From Saccostrea echinata (taxonomy: Eukaryota), in the NCBI RefSeq assembly GCF_033153115.1, contig NW_026889752.1:4154001-4218000 (forward strand): a stretch of 64,000 bases of DNA, read 5' to 3'. How positions within the stretch are numbered: the stretch's first letter is position 1; every line of letters begins with the position of its first letter. A model generated the notes under the pieces. The model ran no database searches. It was not told where the DNA came from and was given only the letters and a program-made list of their open reading frames with translations. The position numbers and the translations under genes were made by a program. Positions 10,030-21,900 of this stretch are shown here, in pieces.

Positions 10030-12720
10030 CTATTCCTCGAGTACAGACAAGGGTGGTTCGCCAAATGGTGCTTCTAATGCTAGTAAAACCACCTTCCAAA
10101 ACATTGATTCCAAGGCGCTACCTTCATTCCAAGTTATAACTGATCTTTTTTTAAGAGTTCTGTGCACAGACGAAATCATGTTTTTGCTATTGATGGTTTT
10201 AAATAACAAAAACACGACAGTAGATTCTCCACGCTGTCTTATTCTTTCTTCCACAAGATTGTTTTGCCAAAGGCACCATTCATTCTTCACAAATTCATTT
10301 GATAACACCACTAATATTTTCTTACTCTCCTTGAAAGCATCTTCTATTTCGCTGCATCTCTCTGCACCAACTACGAATTCTCGATCAGGAATGCACAATC
10401 TTATTTCTCTGGCTTCCAACTGTGGAACAAGCTTTCGCAAAACCCATTTCTCATCTGCTTCACAATATACAACATATGCATCATATTTGAATTCTTGCTC
10501 ATTTAGAAGTCTAACATATCCCCTACTTTTTAAACGGTAATAGTATATAACATTTTTGATAGTTGGCAAATTCACGGAAATCATAATGGAAACAATAATA
10601 AGAAAAATCGCCGATGCTGAAGTTGATATAACGATAACAATCCATGGGTTTTTCTCTTTGCAGTCTTCTGGGGTAAGACTTAGAGTCAGTATCGGCTTCC
10701 GAAGCATCTTGGGAGGCGTCGTACAAGCATACCTGTCCGGAAAATTCAAAAGTGTCACATTTGTTTCTTGGCACCAGTTCTTAAACCAAATCAAATCACA
10801 TCCACAATCAAAGGGGTTGTAGGCAAGAGTAAGGGTCTGGAGATTATTCAGGATGTCTGGCGGTATAGATGTTTTGTTTAAAGTAGAAATCCTATTATTA
10901 TCTAGTCTCAAGCTAACGAGATTTGAGAGGTTTTTGAAAACAGAAACATTCCAACCACTAAGTTTATTCTGGGTCAAGGAAAGTGTTTTCAATGTCGTCA
11001 ATGATTTAAATGTGTCCACGTGAATTGTGTCCATTCTATTTTCTTGAAGGGACAATTCTTCTAATCTTTGCAACGGTTTAAGTAGTAAATGACCAATTGG
11101 TCCGGTAGGAAAATGATTTCCACGAAGATCCAAGATAGTGATATTTTTGCACAATGCAAACAATTTTTCCGGATCATATTTTGAAGTATCTTCAAAATTG
11201 AAATCATTGCTCACAAACTTCAGGGTGTGAAGGCTAGATATATTAAATGCAGAATTAAAAATCTTTTTCAGACTCCGAACATTCCCTATTTGCAGCCATT
11301 GGATAGACTTTAATGGGCTGAAAATATTGTCACTGAGTACATGTAATTCCGTAAAACTTAAATCTAATTTTGTCAGCGATGGAAGGCAACTAAAACTGTT
11401 ATTAAAAATGTATTTAATTTTTGAATGTGACAAATACAGTTCTTTTAACTTTGGATGAATGCTGTCCTTTACTTTGTTGCAAAATAATGGAATTTCGGCA
11501 AAGTAGTTGAAACGAAGGTCCAATATTTGCAATCTTGGTAAGCATTGGAAACGATATCCCTGTAAAGTGATTATACTTGTATTTAGAAGATAAAGTTCTG
11601 TTAGATTAGGTGTTAAACTTTGACGTTTTACTCCACAAAACACGGGAATATCCCTCAAAAGATTATTTCCCAAGTCTAAGACTCTAAGGGATGACAGACA
11701 TATCAATGATTTATTTTGTAATTTTGAGATAGACGTGAATTGCAGATGCAGTTCTTCTAAATTTGGAACACTGCTTTTTCCGAATGAATTGCAGAAGTTA
11801 GGAACATGGGTTATTTTATTTTTGCTTAGATATAATACTTTGAGCTTTTCTAAACACGTGAATAGTTTGTTTGGAATTTCTCCCGCTATACCAGTATTGT
11901 CTAAGAACAAGGATTCCAGTTTATTATCACTACTCCGAGGACCGAGGCAAAGTTCAGGAAAACCACCGAGTCTTGTACCTACTACATTCAAAATTTTAAG
12001 CTTTGGAAGGCAATGAAATATAGATGACGTAATAAATCTCAATTTTGTTGATTGTAGCCTTAGGCGCTCCAAATAAGGGAGTTGTTTTATTTTCCCTTCG
12101 CAAAAAAAATTCATATCTTTAAAACTGGACGACGAAAAATCTAATGCTGTCAGTTTAAGATCCTGAAAAATGTCTGCTGTTAAATTCCGCAGTTGATTAC
12201 CTGCTAGTACTACCGTACTCAAGTTAGTATGGGAAACATATTTGAAGAAATCAGGTACAATGTAATTCCATCTGTTTGAAGTAAGATTAAGAATCTGTAA
12301 AGAGGATGAAATATTAAGGAACGCATCTCTTAAAGTTTTGGAAGGAAGTTTTCTGTTATGAGATATTTCCACTTCTTTTAAATTCCGGAGATTTCGGAAA
12401 AGTCCAGTTTGCATAAATTGCATATCTAAACTGTCAAAGCATAGTTTAGTTAAAGGGAGAACTGTAAAGTTCTGTAGGTTGCGTACAAAAATCTTTTCAC
12501 ATTTGAAATAGCGAACAGTAACATCTTCTATGTTATATGGAAGTTTAGGAAAAAACAAAAGTTTTTGTCCTTCAGGTGCAGACTGGCAAACTGCTTTATG
12601 AGTTTTATCGTCACACAAACACATTCCATTGCCACAGTAAGTTACTGCTCCTAACGACGATTTGAATACGGATAGCAAAAGAAAACAACACATATGAAGG
12701 ATGTCTACATTCACTTCCAT
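10030..12720 (-). CDS. Toll-like receptor (single cysteine cluster type), 896 aa, intact; TLR-1 of cluster
   Basis: Signal peptide, LRRNT (CGNGMCLCD..C), many LxxLxLxxN repeats, LRRCT (NPFDCGCDLIWF..YAC..C), TM helix (WIVIVISTSASAIFLIIVSIMISV) and TIR domain (YDAYVVY, LCIPDREF, SNEFVKNEWC, FW). Uninterrupted ORF. Confidence 0.97.
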   Translation of the reverse strand: MEVNVDILHMCCFLLLSVFKSSLGAVTYCGNGMCLCDDKTHKAVCQSAPEGQKLLFFPKLPYNIEDVTVRYFKCEKIFVRNLQNFTVLPLTKLCFDSLDMQFMQTGLFRNLRNLKEVEISHNRKLPSKTLRDAFLNISSSLQILNLTSNRWNYIVPDFFKYVSHTNLSTVVLAGNQLRNLTADIFQDLKLTALDFSSSSFKDMNFFCEGKIKQLPYLERLRLQSTKLRFITSSIFHCLPKLKILNVVGTRLGGFPELCLGPRSSDNKLESLFLDNTGIAGEIPNKLFTCLEKLKVLYLSKNKITHVPNFCNSFGKSSVPNLEELHLQFTSISKLQNKSLICLSSLRVLDLGNNLLRDIPVFCGVKRQSLTPNLTELYLLNTSIITLQGYRFQCLPRLQILDLRFNYFAEIPLFCNKVKDSIHPKLKELYLSHSKIKYIFNNSFSCLPSLTKLDLSFTELHVLSDNIFSPLKSIQWLQIGNVRSLKKIFNSAFNISSLHTLKFVSNDFNFEDTSKYDPEKLFALCKNITILDLRGNHFPTGPIGHLLLKPLQRLEELSLQENRMDTIHVDTFKSLTTLKTLSLTQNKLSGWNVSVFKNLSNLVSLRLDNNRISTLNKTSIPPDILNNLQTLTLAYNPFDCGCDLIWFKNWCQETNVTLLNFPDRYACTTPPKMLRKPILTLSLTPEDCKEKNPWIVIVISTSASAIFLIIVSIMISVNLPTIKNVIYYYRLKSRGYVRLLNEQEFKYDAYVVYCEADEKWVLRKLVPQLEAREIRLCIPDREFVVGAERCSEIEDAFKESKKILVVLSNEFVKNEWCLWQNNLVEERIRQRGESTVVFLLFKTINSKNMISSVHRTLKKRSVITWNEGSALESMFWKVVLLALEAPFGEPPLSVLEE

Positions 12721-12733
12721 TTTTTCTTCAAAT

Positions 12734-12944
12734 CTGTGAAATATGAAGTAGTGTTATATACACCTTGTAATGTACAAGTTAAAATCATTAATTTGTGATG
12801 ATGGAAATCGTCATTAATTTTATTAAATTCATAAAGTTAACTTCCTCCTTGATTGAAAATGTTTTCTACTTTAAAAAATAAATTTGACAATAGCGAAAAC
12901 AAAATGAAATCATTCACATTACTACATCTGAATGATACTCTTAC
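12734..12944 (-). other. Predicted 5'UTR intron of TLR-1
   Basis: Donor CAG|GTAAGA at 12944 and acceptor ATTTCACAG| at 12734, 13 nt before the ATG. An equivalent 200-bp intron with a shared internal motif precedes TLR-3 (42943-43142). Confidence 0.7.
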
Positions 12945-14490
12945 CTGTTTCACAAAACGTTCTGTTATTTTTAGAATAATTTTGCTCTACAATGTACGTG
13001 TTCAAGTTTTTACTTCCGCATATTGTCATAGCGAATTGAGAAACATGAATTGAATAATTATGATTCATCTCTTTACTTAAAAAATCACATAAAATAATTA
13101 AGAGCTAATATCAACCAAATCATGCTGAAAGCGTAATTCAGAAGATCCATCAAAAATTTTCAAATATCAAATATATGTACTAATAAACCCACTGGAAGAA
13201 GGCATTTTTATGCAATCTAAAATTTCTTATAGATAAAGTTATTGGACCATTCGATAGATATAAAGCTTAAATTTAATGACTATGGGATATTATTTCAAAA
13301 ATATACATACTCACATTAACGAAATTCGAAATTCAAAGATCCTTTATGAATTGATCAAAACAATTTAACATCTTTCGCACATGCTTCCTGTTACTTCCGC
13401 ATTCTAGAATTTTGTTGGAAGTTTAGGAATAGATAAGGGATATATTTAATCTGTCAAGTACAAATTCGTTCCTATGATTCATGCAAGACGGTTTATATAT
13501 AACTACATTATCTGAATACTGATTTTAAAATCGCCTCCCCCATTTAACTTTAAAAATATAATGTAAATGTTCAACATAGGACTAGACGTAATGTTTGCAT
13601 AATCTTAAGTGTTTCCTTACCTGTACTCTTGTCATTTATTTACTAAATAATTATTTCCTCATTTCCAGCATTTGATATAACACTGTCTTCCTTTGAAATT
13701 CATTGCTATCTAAAAATGAATGCCCTGTAGGGATAGTAATCAGTATCAAATGTTTAAAAGCATGAAGATCGAAAGCTCGCGAGCGCTCGAAAACATTTCT
13801 GTTCGAGGGATAATGCATTTTTGCGAGGAATCGCAAGTAGCCCTCTGCTTATAAACCTCTGCATTGCTCTTACGACGTCCGCAATTTTCAGCTTTTTTGC
13901 TAAGTTATCAGGGAATTTCAATGATGCTTAAACATTTCCGCTTTGACTTTGTCGCACAAGAAAACTTATTCAATGAAAACATTCCATTAACAAATATACA
14001 AGGAACAATTATGAAGTATTTTTCAAAAGGAATCAGAACAAATTTATTATACATGCTTAAGTAGACAATAGATAAGAAATATTGTAAAGCAGAACATGTT
14101 TAAATCTACACAAAACTATAATACATGTATAGCGTTATTAAACATTGAAAGCCTTATTTTCATTTTCTACACAATCCGTACACAGTAAAATAAATTTTAC
14201 ATGCTTCTTTTGATAAAATGGAAAACAATGTAATTTTCGAACACCCGGATATAATGATCAAATACGCATCTTAGTGTCTTGATGTTCTATATCTCTTTAA
14301 TTTCAATGTAACATCCCCTCAATGTGATATTAGAGGCTCTTGATTTTAAATATTAACATCCAACATAACATAAAAAAAAATTCCAAATGCAAAATTTCAA
14401 ACGTGAACCCACTAAATCTGAACAAAATACGGCCATTTCTTATCAAGAAAGAAACAAGAAGTGCTAAGGACAAAAATGTCACTGCAAGTA

Positions 14491-14668
14491 CAGTGCAAAC
14501 TGTGTAATAGGAAACCTGTGCAATCTATTTCACTGTGATATCCGATATTCATTTTTCCTATCCACTTCTATATATTTCCATGTTCTTTACACTGCACAAT
14601 CCGACATCTTGTCTATTCCAACAAAAAATTTGTCTCCCAGTACATGTCGGATCAGACAGCTTCCACTG
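14491..14668. mobile_element. Tc1/mariner-type MITE
   Basis: TA|CAGTG...CACTG|TA termini with imperfect TIRs. Confidence 0.65.
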
Positions 14669-17627
14669 TACTTGAAAAAAATGTTTCAATAGCTACAGCC
14701 ATATATTTGCCTTAAGTTTCTTAAATTTCCAGTTTCAGAAGAAATTACATTTTATCCATTATCAAAGTAGTGTTGTTTATAAATATCTGATGATTTATTT
14801 GTTAGTACCCCAGTGCCTTTTGCATGCAATCATACTCCTTTTACATTATCTTGTGATTTTTTAGTAAAATAATTTTTTCATATTTTCTCTATTCTATGTA
14901 CTTTTCTTTCGAAATGTTGCGCTCTATAAATTGTTCAGATTCTCGAAAAACTCAAGTATAATTTACTCCTAACTTGTATGATTAAACAAAAAAGGCTTCA
15001 GTATTTTTCTAGAATATGTTTCGAAATAATTATGGACCGCGAACCGGAAAGCAGGGTAATTAATTACGAATATCTTAGAAAGTATTTCTTTGTTATATTC
15101 GTTGAGTCAAACATTTATTCCATTTATCTTCAATTACAAACTGTATGTAGAAGATGCTTACATCATAATTACCTATCACAATTGCCAAGCATTATGACTA
15201 AAAAAGTCAGTAAGTCGATCCTGCAACGATGTTTGTATTATAATACCAAAACGGAGATAATTTTACATAATTGAATTTATTTCTCAAACTTTTTGAACCC
15301 ATATTTTCAAGCCATTAAAAGAGGCAGTAGTTTATTAATTAAAAAAATGTGATTAAAAGATAAAAACACGTTTCTCTAACAAATTATAAAAAAAAAGTCG
15401 GTGGTGCTGAATTATTTGAAAAGATATTCATGATCGATGTATGTACAGTGTTTTTATCATTACTATTTTATTCAATCTTCGTATAAGTTGGTTTAAAGGG
15501 ACGAAGGCACAGATTTGAGATTAATGTCTATCATTTTTTTAGCAAAATTTTACGACTTATATACTCCAGACCGAATTATTTTGAAAAGTACTTTGAAAAC
15601 TCTTTTCTTTGAATATTTTGAAAACTAGGATGGTTTGATTGTCGTTTATCCCTGCATTTTAATAGTCTTAAATTTACACGTAAGATTAAAAAAAGAACTA
15701 AGAAATCTATTGAATATTTTTTTTTAAATATTGATTTAATTTAAAAATATATATAGATAATTTTAAGAAACATAAAATACGCACCAGTGTGGTCGATGGA
15801 TATTCACAAAGTGCGAATCAATATCATTTAGAACCCACCAGGTAAAGCACGTTCATAAATAATGATAAAGCTCGAGTTTGTATTTAAAAACACAAGGGAA
15901 ACCAGAAATTACAAAAGTATTTGTTATTCCTATTCTCCATTCAAATAGATACCAGTACTCAGTGGTCGGTTTACTATTCAAATACTTTAAGGAACAAAAC
16001 AAACAAAAATTGATGCCTGGTTTGGAATATATTTTGAACCTATTTTGTTTATAAATGAAACAATAAATTTCTAAAATATAAAGAAATTGTAAATAATATA
16101 TGAAGTTCAAAAGTCTATCTTTCTGCAACCATCCTTATTAATCTGTATAATTTTTTGAGACTTAAAATCCCATTATTGAGACATTGAATAAAAAAATTAA
16201 AATCTGTGCGGTTAATCTAATTCATATTACTTATTAAAACATGACTTAAGTTGTTACTTTCAATATTTTTTTTATAAAAATTTGTTTGTATCATCCGTCC
16301 TTAAGCGTTTTAGTGTACAAGCATTTTTTCGAAAAAAAAATACCTTCATCTTCCCTTAAAAAAGGCACTTTGGACCCCTAAAGCTATCCTGGCTAAAATT
16401 GTCAAAGTGTATGTAATTGTTGTAAAGGAAACATAGTACTAGGGCTGGATAACATCCACAATTCCATAATGCAGCCTCCATGGCCATTTTCAGTCAGAAG
16501 TAGGGCCTGGGAGAGACTAGTTGACCGTTTAAAGGAACACAGTCTATACGACCCCTAGCCCTTAGGGCTACCCTACCCAAATTGATCACAGTGTATATTA
16601 TACTGTGACATTACACAGTACAAGAAGCTGGATAACTTCCACAATCCCATAACTTTACATTTATCTTTTATCAGGGGATTAATCAGATGACCATCAAAAG
16701 GAATTAGGTTTACAAGACCCCCAATGCCTAAAGGTAGTCCGTCCAAAATGATCGCAGTGTTTACAATACAGGTATAAGTGGTAGGTAGTACACTGTACAA
16801 GGGGTTGGATTACTATCCTTTTCTTTTTGATGATTATATTGTTATCCCAGGCCAAAGTTGAAGGCCAAATTTTGGAATATGGATGTTATCCAGTCCCTTT
16901 TACTCTGTTCACCGTATGTTTTATATGCACCGCGACCAGTTTAGCAAGGCTAATTAAAGAGTTTGGTGTTCTTGTTTACCTTATTCTAATAAAGCTCACC
17001 AGAACAGTCCCAGACCCCTCTCTTAAAGATGAAGATTGACTTATAAGACACGCAGCACTGTAAAGACGAACTATGAAGAAATCAATGGAATAAAGACGTG
17101 CACAAATAGATACCGTTTAAAACTAAATTTATTTTTGTTAAGCTATTTTTTTAGCATACTAGTTAAATATGAATCAATATAACATAGCATACCGCACTCT
17201 GAGATAAATTTAGTTTAGTCACTTGATTTGACAGTCACAGGGTACTATGCATTTTGAGGTCATATACAAATTTGAATATTGCAAGGGCATACCCTAAATA
17301 AAATTCACTTGATGTATATTTTCTACATATTATGTAATTTCCTCTGCTTTATAGAGAATTAACATTTTACTACTTTAAATTTCAAATAATATACTTCATG
17401 TTGAAATATGCATGTCCTTTACTAATTTTTGTATTTATTAAGTAAATTTTGTGATTTCTCGAATAATTCCCATCTCTCTGATTGGCGGAGATCCAACAAT
17501 GTTAGAAAAATACTACGTTATATTGACCTGCACGTGACCTTCCAGGTCAATATAAGGAATTATTTCCAGGTCAATATAAGGAATTATTTATTCTACATTG
17601 GACCAAAAATAGATAATCATATAATAA

Positions 17628-17778
17628 AACAGTTATTGCTGTTTTTTTTTTTAGGTCAATACGGTGATTTAGAAACTTTGGAAGTACAATATTCTCCTCG
17701 CCTTTCGGACTCGGTGAATTTTGTACTCCTCAGGTGTCTAAATCATTGTATTGACCTAAAAAAACAGCAATAATTGTT
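17628..17778. repeat. About 150-bp imperfect palindrome (hairpin end of a non-autonomous element)
   Basis: AACAGTTATTGCTGTTTT..AGGTCAATAC is mirrored by GTATTGACCT..AAAACAGCAATAATTGTT. Confidence 0.85.
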
Positions 17779-18798
17779 CAATTATTATATATAATATATA
17801 TAAATTAGGTTAAAATGATTTTTTTAATGTGAGAATTTTATTTCTAACATGTACAATTTGATTTTACCAGGTTTCATGGTCACTGATAACCCTACATCAA
17901 TTATACTGTCTTTTTGAAACAAATTGTATTTTTCAATTTTTTTTATTGTGTAGATTTGTCAATTTGCATATATCGATTCGTTGTGTAGTTCTGCAGTTCG
18001 AAATTTTTTTGATACCTTTTATTCAATTTTAAAAAAGACATCCGTATAAATTTCAGTGTTTTAAAAATTAAATGCCTCATTAATTGATACACTTATTCAC
18101 GGTAGTAATTTGAAACTTGAATACGCAGTATCAAAACAACACTGTTACTGTTTCTTAATTTTTTTAATTTCAAAGTGATTTATATTAAATTTGTTTTTTC
18201 GTCTTCCGATCGGATTGGCGTCCACCTGATAAAAAAGATTATATTTAATTATTTTCTATACCATATTCATGTTGCTACTCATATACATGCATTAGCTTTT
18301 ATAGCAATTTAATATTTGATAGAATTGTTGGGTTTTTTTTACTGATTTGTAAACTTCGCCCGGAAGCTAAGGTGTCCGGAATATTGGCATCCGGATTAAC
18401 GAAGCTCCACTGTATATATTTTATATTGTCAATATATACTGTGCAATAGAAAGAAAAATCTGAGTTGTTCATCTTAAATATAATATTTTTTAGCTTGAAG
18501 AATTTCAGTTACGTTGCCCCCCCCCCCCCCTCCCCATTCGCAAACTGATATTGTTTCCCATAAAAGAAAACATTAAATCTTTCAAAAGGATGACAATATT
18601 GTAATTTTTATTCAGTCAAAACTTCTGAAAAAAATCCAATGCAAATATGTATAAGAGATCTAGAAAGTAAAATTCTCTTTTCTTCTGTCAATAAATAATA
18701 TTTTTAAAAAGTTTCCAAACATGAAAATTGCGAATTATATTTAATATTCAAGCTATTAAAGAATATATTTCATATTGTATCAAATTTACCTGTCCCCA

Positions 18799-18960
18799 TC
18801 ACCTGCACCATTCCAAACATTCGACCTTATTTTTCCTACAGCAATACCACTCGTCATTTGGTCCGGCTCTTCTTTCTTCTATCATTGCGACATTATATAC
18901 ACCCATCATATTGAAGGCAAGAATCAGCATAAGCATAACCATTATCTTGAATAATTTCAT
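18799..18960 (-). CDS. Small secreted cysteine-rich peptide precursor B, 53 aa: MKLFKIMVMLMLILAFNMMGVYNVAMIEERRAGPNDEWYCCRKNKVECLEWCR*
   Basis: Hand-translated (below the ORF-track cutoff). Hydrophobic signal, RR dibasic site and CC-x6-C-x3-C core that is 13/16 identical to peptide C. Acceptor AG lies immediately before the ATG, donor CAG|GTAAAT lies 9 nt after the stop, and a non-coding upstream exon ends at donor AAG|GTATG (19189). Confidence 0.88.
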   Translation of the reverse strand: MKLFKIMVMLMLILAFNMMGVYNVAMIEERRAGPNDEWYCCRKNKVECLEWCR

Positions 18961-21900
18961 CTAATAAACAGGAAAAAAAATATACTAGAAACAGTGTAGG
19001 ATAAAAAGTTAAACAGATTATAACTAACTTACGATAATTTAAAACAAATACAGGGAATAACAAACTATTTTGAAATTCCTTATTAAAGTACCAAAGAGAG
19101 AAAAAAGAACGAAAAATGTTAGAATGTAACTATGGATTTTAGCAAACAATCTAAATGATATTCAAGTTTAATTCTTGAAATGTTCATACCTTGGTGTTTT
19201 AATGATTCCGTGAGCTATCAACTTTCAGGGGATTGTGATTTCAACGATAATTTGGTACAGTTTATGTAAAGAAGCAATGCGTTTGATGAAGCACTTGCGT
19301 AACACATGTATGAAAATAATTAAAATTTAAACTCCTTTTGGCAACTACTAATATATGATTTGATAAAACTTTTCCCCTGCAAGCAAACAAAACAGGATTT
19401 TAAACAAACAATAATATAATTATTTGTCAAAAAAGGACAGCATAAAGGTAACATCTGTTCCAAAATTGTGAAATACTAATGGAAGTGTTTGAGTGGCACA
19501 CACTATGTGTAATTGTTTCCAAGGGTATGTCATGGGGTAAGTCACGGGGTAAGTCAGTCCCTCAGAAAAAATTCTATCAACCCCATATTCCAGATTTGAT
19601 CATTGTAGACGGAAATAGATAACAGATCTAGTTACTGAATCATTGAGCCATATTCGCTTACTTGTTAAGGATTTAGCTTTTTCTCTATAATTGCAATACT
19701 TCATGTATTTGTTGCATCATTTTTTTTGGAAGTAGGATGTCTATGGAAAATAATCCTCATAATAACTTATTCATTCACGATCTTGATCTATTTACTCTTT
19801 CAATTCACAGAAAAGGAATGTTATGACTGAAATGTAAAGAATATAATCAGGAACCATGTCTTAGATTCCAATAAAACTATACGAATTATTAGCAGAGCAA
19901 ACACGGATCCGAAAAAAACATTCAAGATGGGATCACGTGTCATAGGGGATGAAGCATATCAAACGGTCACACCCATGAACCTCTGTAGCGGTCAATCAAA
20001 CTAATTAAGTTTTGCTGAAGATCAATATTCAGTTCAATCTTTCTGATTTGATCCAAGCCAAACATCATCCCGTAAAGGTACTACACTTAAGACTTTGAAA
20101 ACTGAAGTTTTTTTAACTGTGCAGTGCAGTTATTATATCTTTGGACATCTCTTATACCCTAAGTTTCAATTATGATATACCAACTTACCCTACACTTCGG
20201 ATATTTATTAAAATCTTAACATTAAGAAATTTAAAGTATCTGCAATAGCATAGTCATCATACCGATGTATCACTTAATAAAATCAAATTTCACCTTGTGA
20301 AGTAATGTTTATTTAATAAAAAAAAATTTTTTTTTTTGCTATTAATGAGATTGGGAAGTGTACATAAAAGTACCTGTTTATTAGTACACGTAAAATCCAA
20401 AAGTGCTGAAAAGAATACAACAAACATTTTTTGTTTTGTTCTTACATGAAGAGATTACATGTATAAGCTAGTTTTGAATTTACAAAATATCAAATTCAAA
20501 CACAAAGTTCGTCTATTCGTCGAGTACAGACAAGGGTGGTTCGCCAAATGGTGCTTCTAATGCTAGTAAAACAACCTTCCAAAACATTGATTCCAAGGCG
20601 CTACCTTCATTCCAAGTTATAACTGATCTTTTTTTTAAGAGTTCTGTGCACAGACGAAATCATGTTTTTGCTATTGATGGTTTTAAATAACAAAAACACG
20701 ACAGTAGATTCTCCACGCTGTCTTATTCTTTCTTCCACAAGATTGTTTTGCCAAAGGCACCATTCATTCTTCACAAATTCATTTGATAACACCACTAATA
20801 TTTTTTTACTCTCCTTGAAAGCATCTTCTATTTCGCTGCATCTCTCTGCACCAACTACGAATTCTCGATCAGGAATGCACAATCTTATTCCTCTGGCTTC
20901 CAACTGTGGAACAAGCTTTCGCAAAACCCATTTCTCATCTGCTTCACAATATACAACATATGCATCATATTTGAATTCTTGCTCATTTAGAAGTCTAACA
21001 TATCCCCTACTTTTTAAACGGTAATAGTAAATAACATTTTTGATGGTTGGCAAGTTCATGGAAATCATAACGGAAACAATAATAAGAAAAATCGCCGATG
21101 CTGAAGTTGATATAACGATAACAATCCATGGGTTTTTCTCTTTGCAGTCTTCTGGGGTAAGACTTAGAGTCAGTATCGGCTTCCGAAGCATCTTGGGAGG
21201 CGTCGTACAAGCATACCTGTCCGGAAAATTCAAAAGTGTCACATTTGTTTCTTGGCACCAGTTCTTAAACCAAATCAAATCACATCCACAATCAAAGGGG
21301 TTGTAGGCAAGAGTAAGGGTCTGGAGATTATTCAGGATGTCTGGCGGTATAGATGTTTTGTTTAAAGTAGAAATCCTATTATTATCTAGTCTCAAGCTAA
21401 CGAGATTTGAGAGGTTTTTGAAAACAGAAACTTTCCAACCACTAAGTTTATTCTGGGTCAAGGAAAGTGTTTTCAATGTCGTCAATGATTTAAATGTGTC
21501 CACGTGAATTGTGTCCATTCTATTTTCTTGAAGGGACAATTCTTCTAATCTTTGCAACGGTTTAAGTAGTATATGACCAATTGGTCCGGTAGGAAAATGA
21601 TTTCCACGAAAATCCAAGATAGTGATATTTTTGCACAATGCAAACAATTTTTCCGGATCATATTTTGAAGTATCTTCAAAATTGAAATCATTGCTCACAA
21701 ACTTCAGGGTGTGAAGGCTAGATATATTAAATGCAGAATTAAACATCTTTTTCAGACTCCGAACATTCCCTATTTGCAGCCATTGGATAGACTTTAATGG
21801 GCTGAAAATATTGTCACTGAGTACATGTAATTCCGTAAAACTTAAATCTAATTTTGTCAGCGATGGAAGGCAACTAAAACTGTTATTAAAAATGTATCTA

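Larger units (their letters stand above)
8360..17463. repeat. Segmental duplication unit 1 (peptide A + TLR-1 + upstream flank)
   Basis: Near-identical to about 18863-25855. Segment 13511-15650 is missing from the second copy. Confidence 0.92.

Noticed and set aside
10178-12016. Plus-strand and alternate-frame ORFs overlapping the TLRs (also 20662-22461 and 40140-42864)
   Set aside because: Shadow ORFs of long coding regions. Their recurrence only reflects TLR paralogy.
16573-17039. Duplicated short ORFs (also 24900-25429)
   Set aside because: Conserved only because of the recent duplication. They have non-ATG starts, an indel alters one C-terminus, and no motif is recognisable.
18799-18801. 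TGA of peptide B as selenocysteine
   Set aside because: The paralog has TAA at the same position and no SECIS element was identified.
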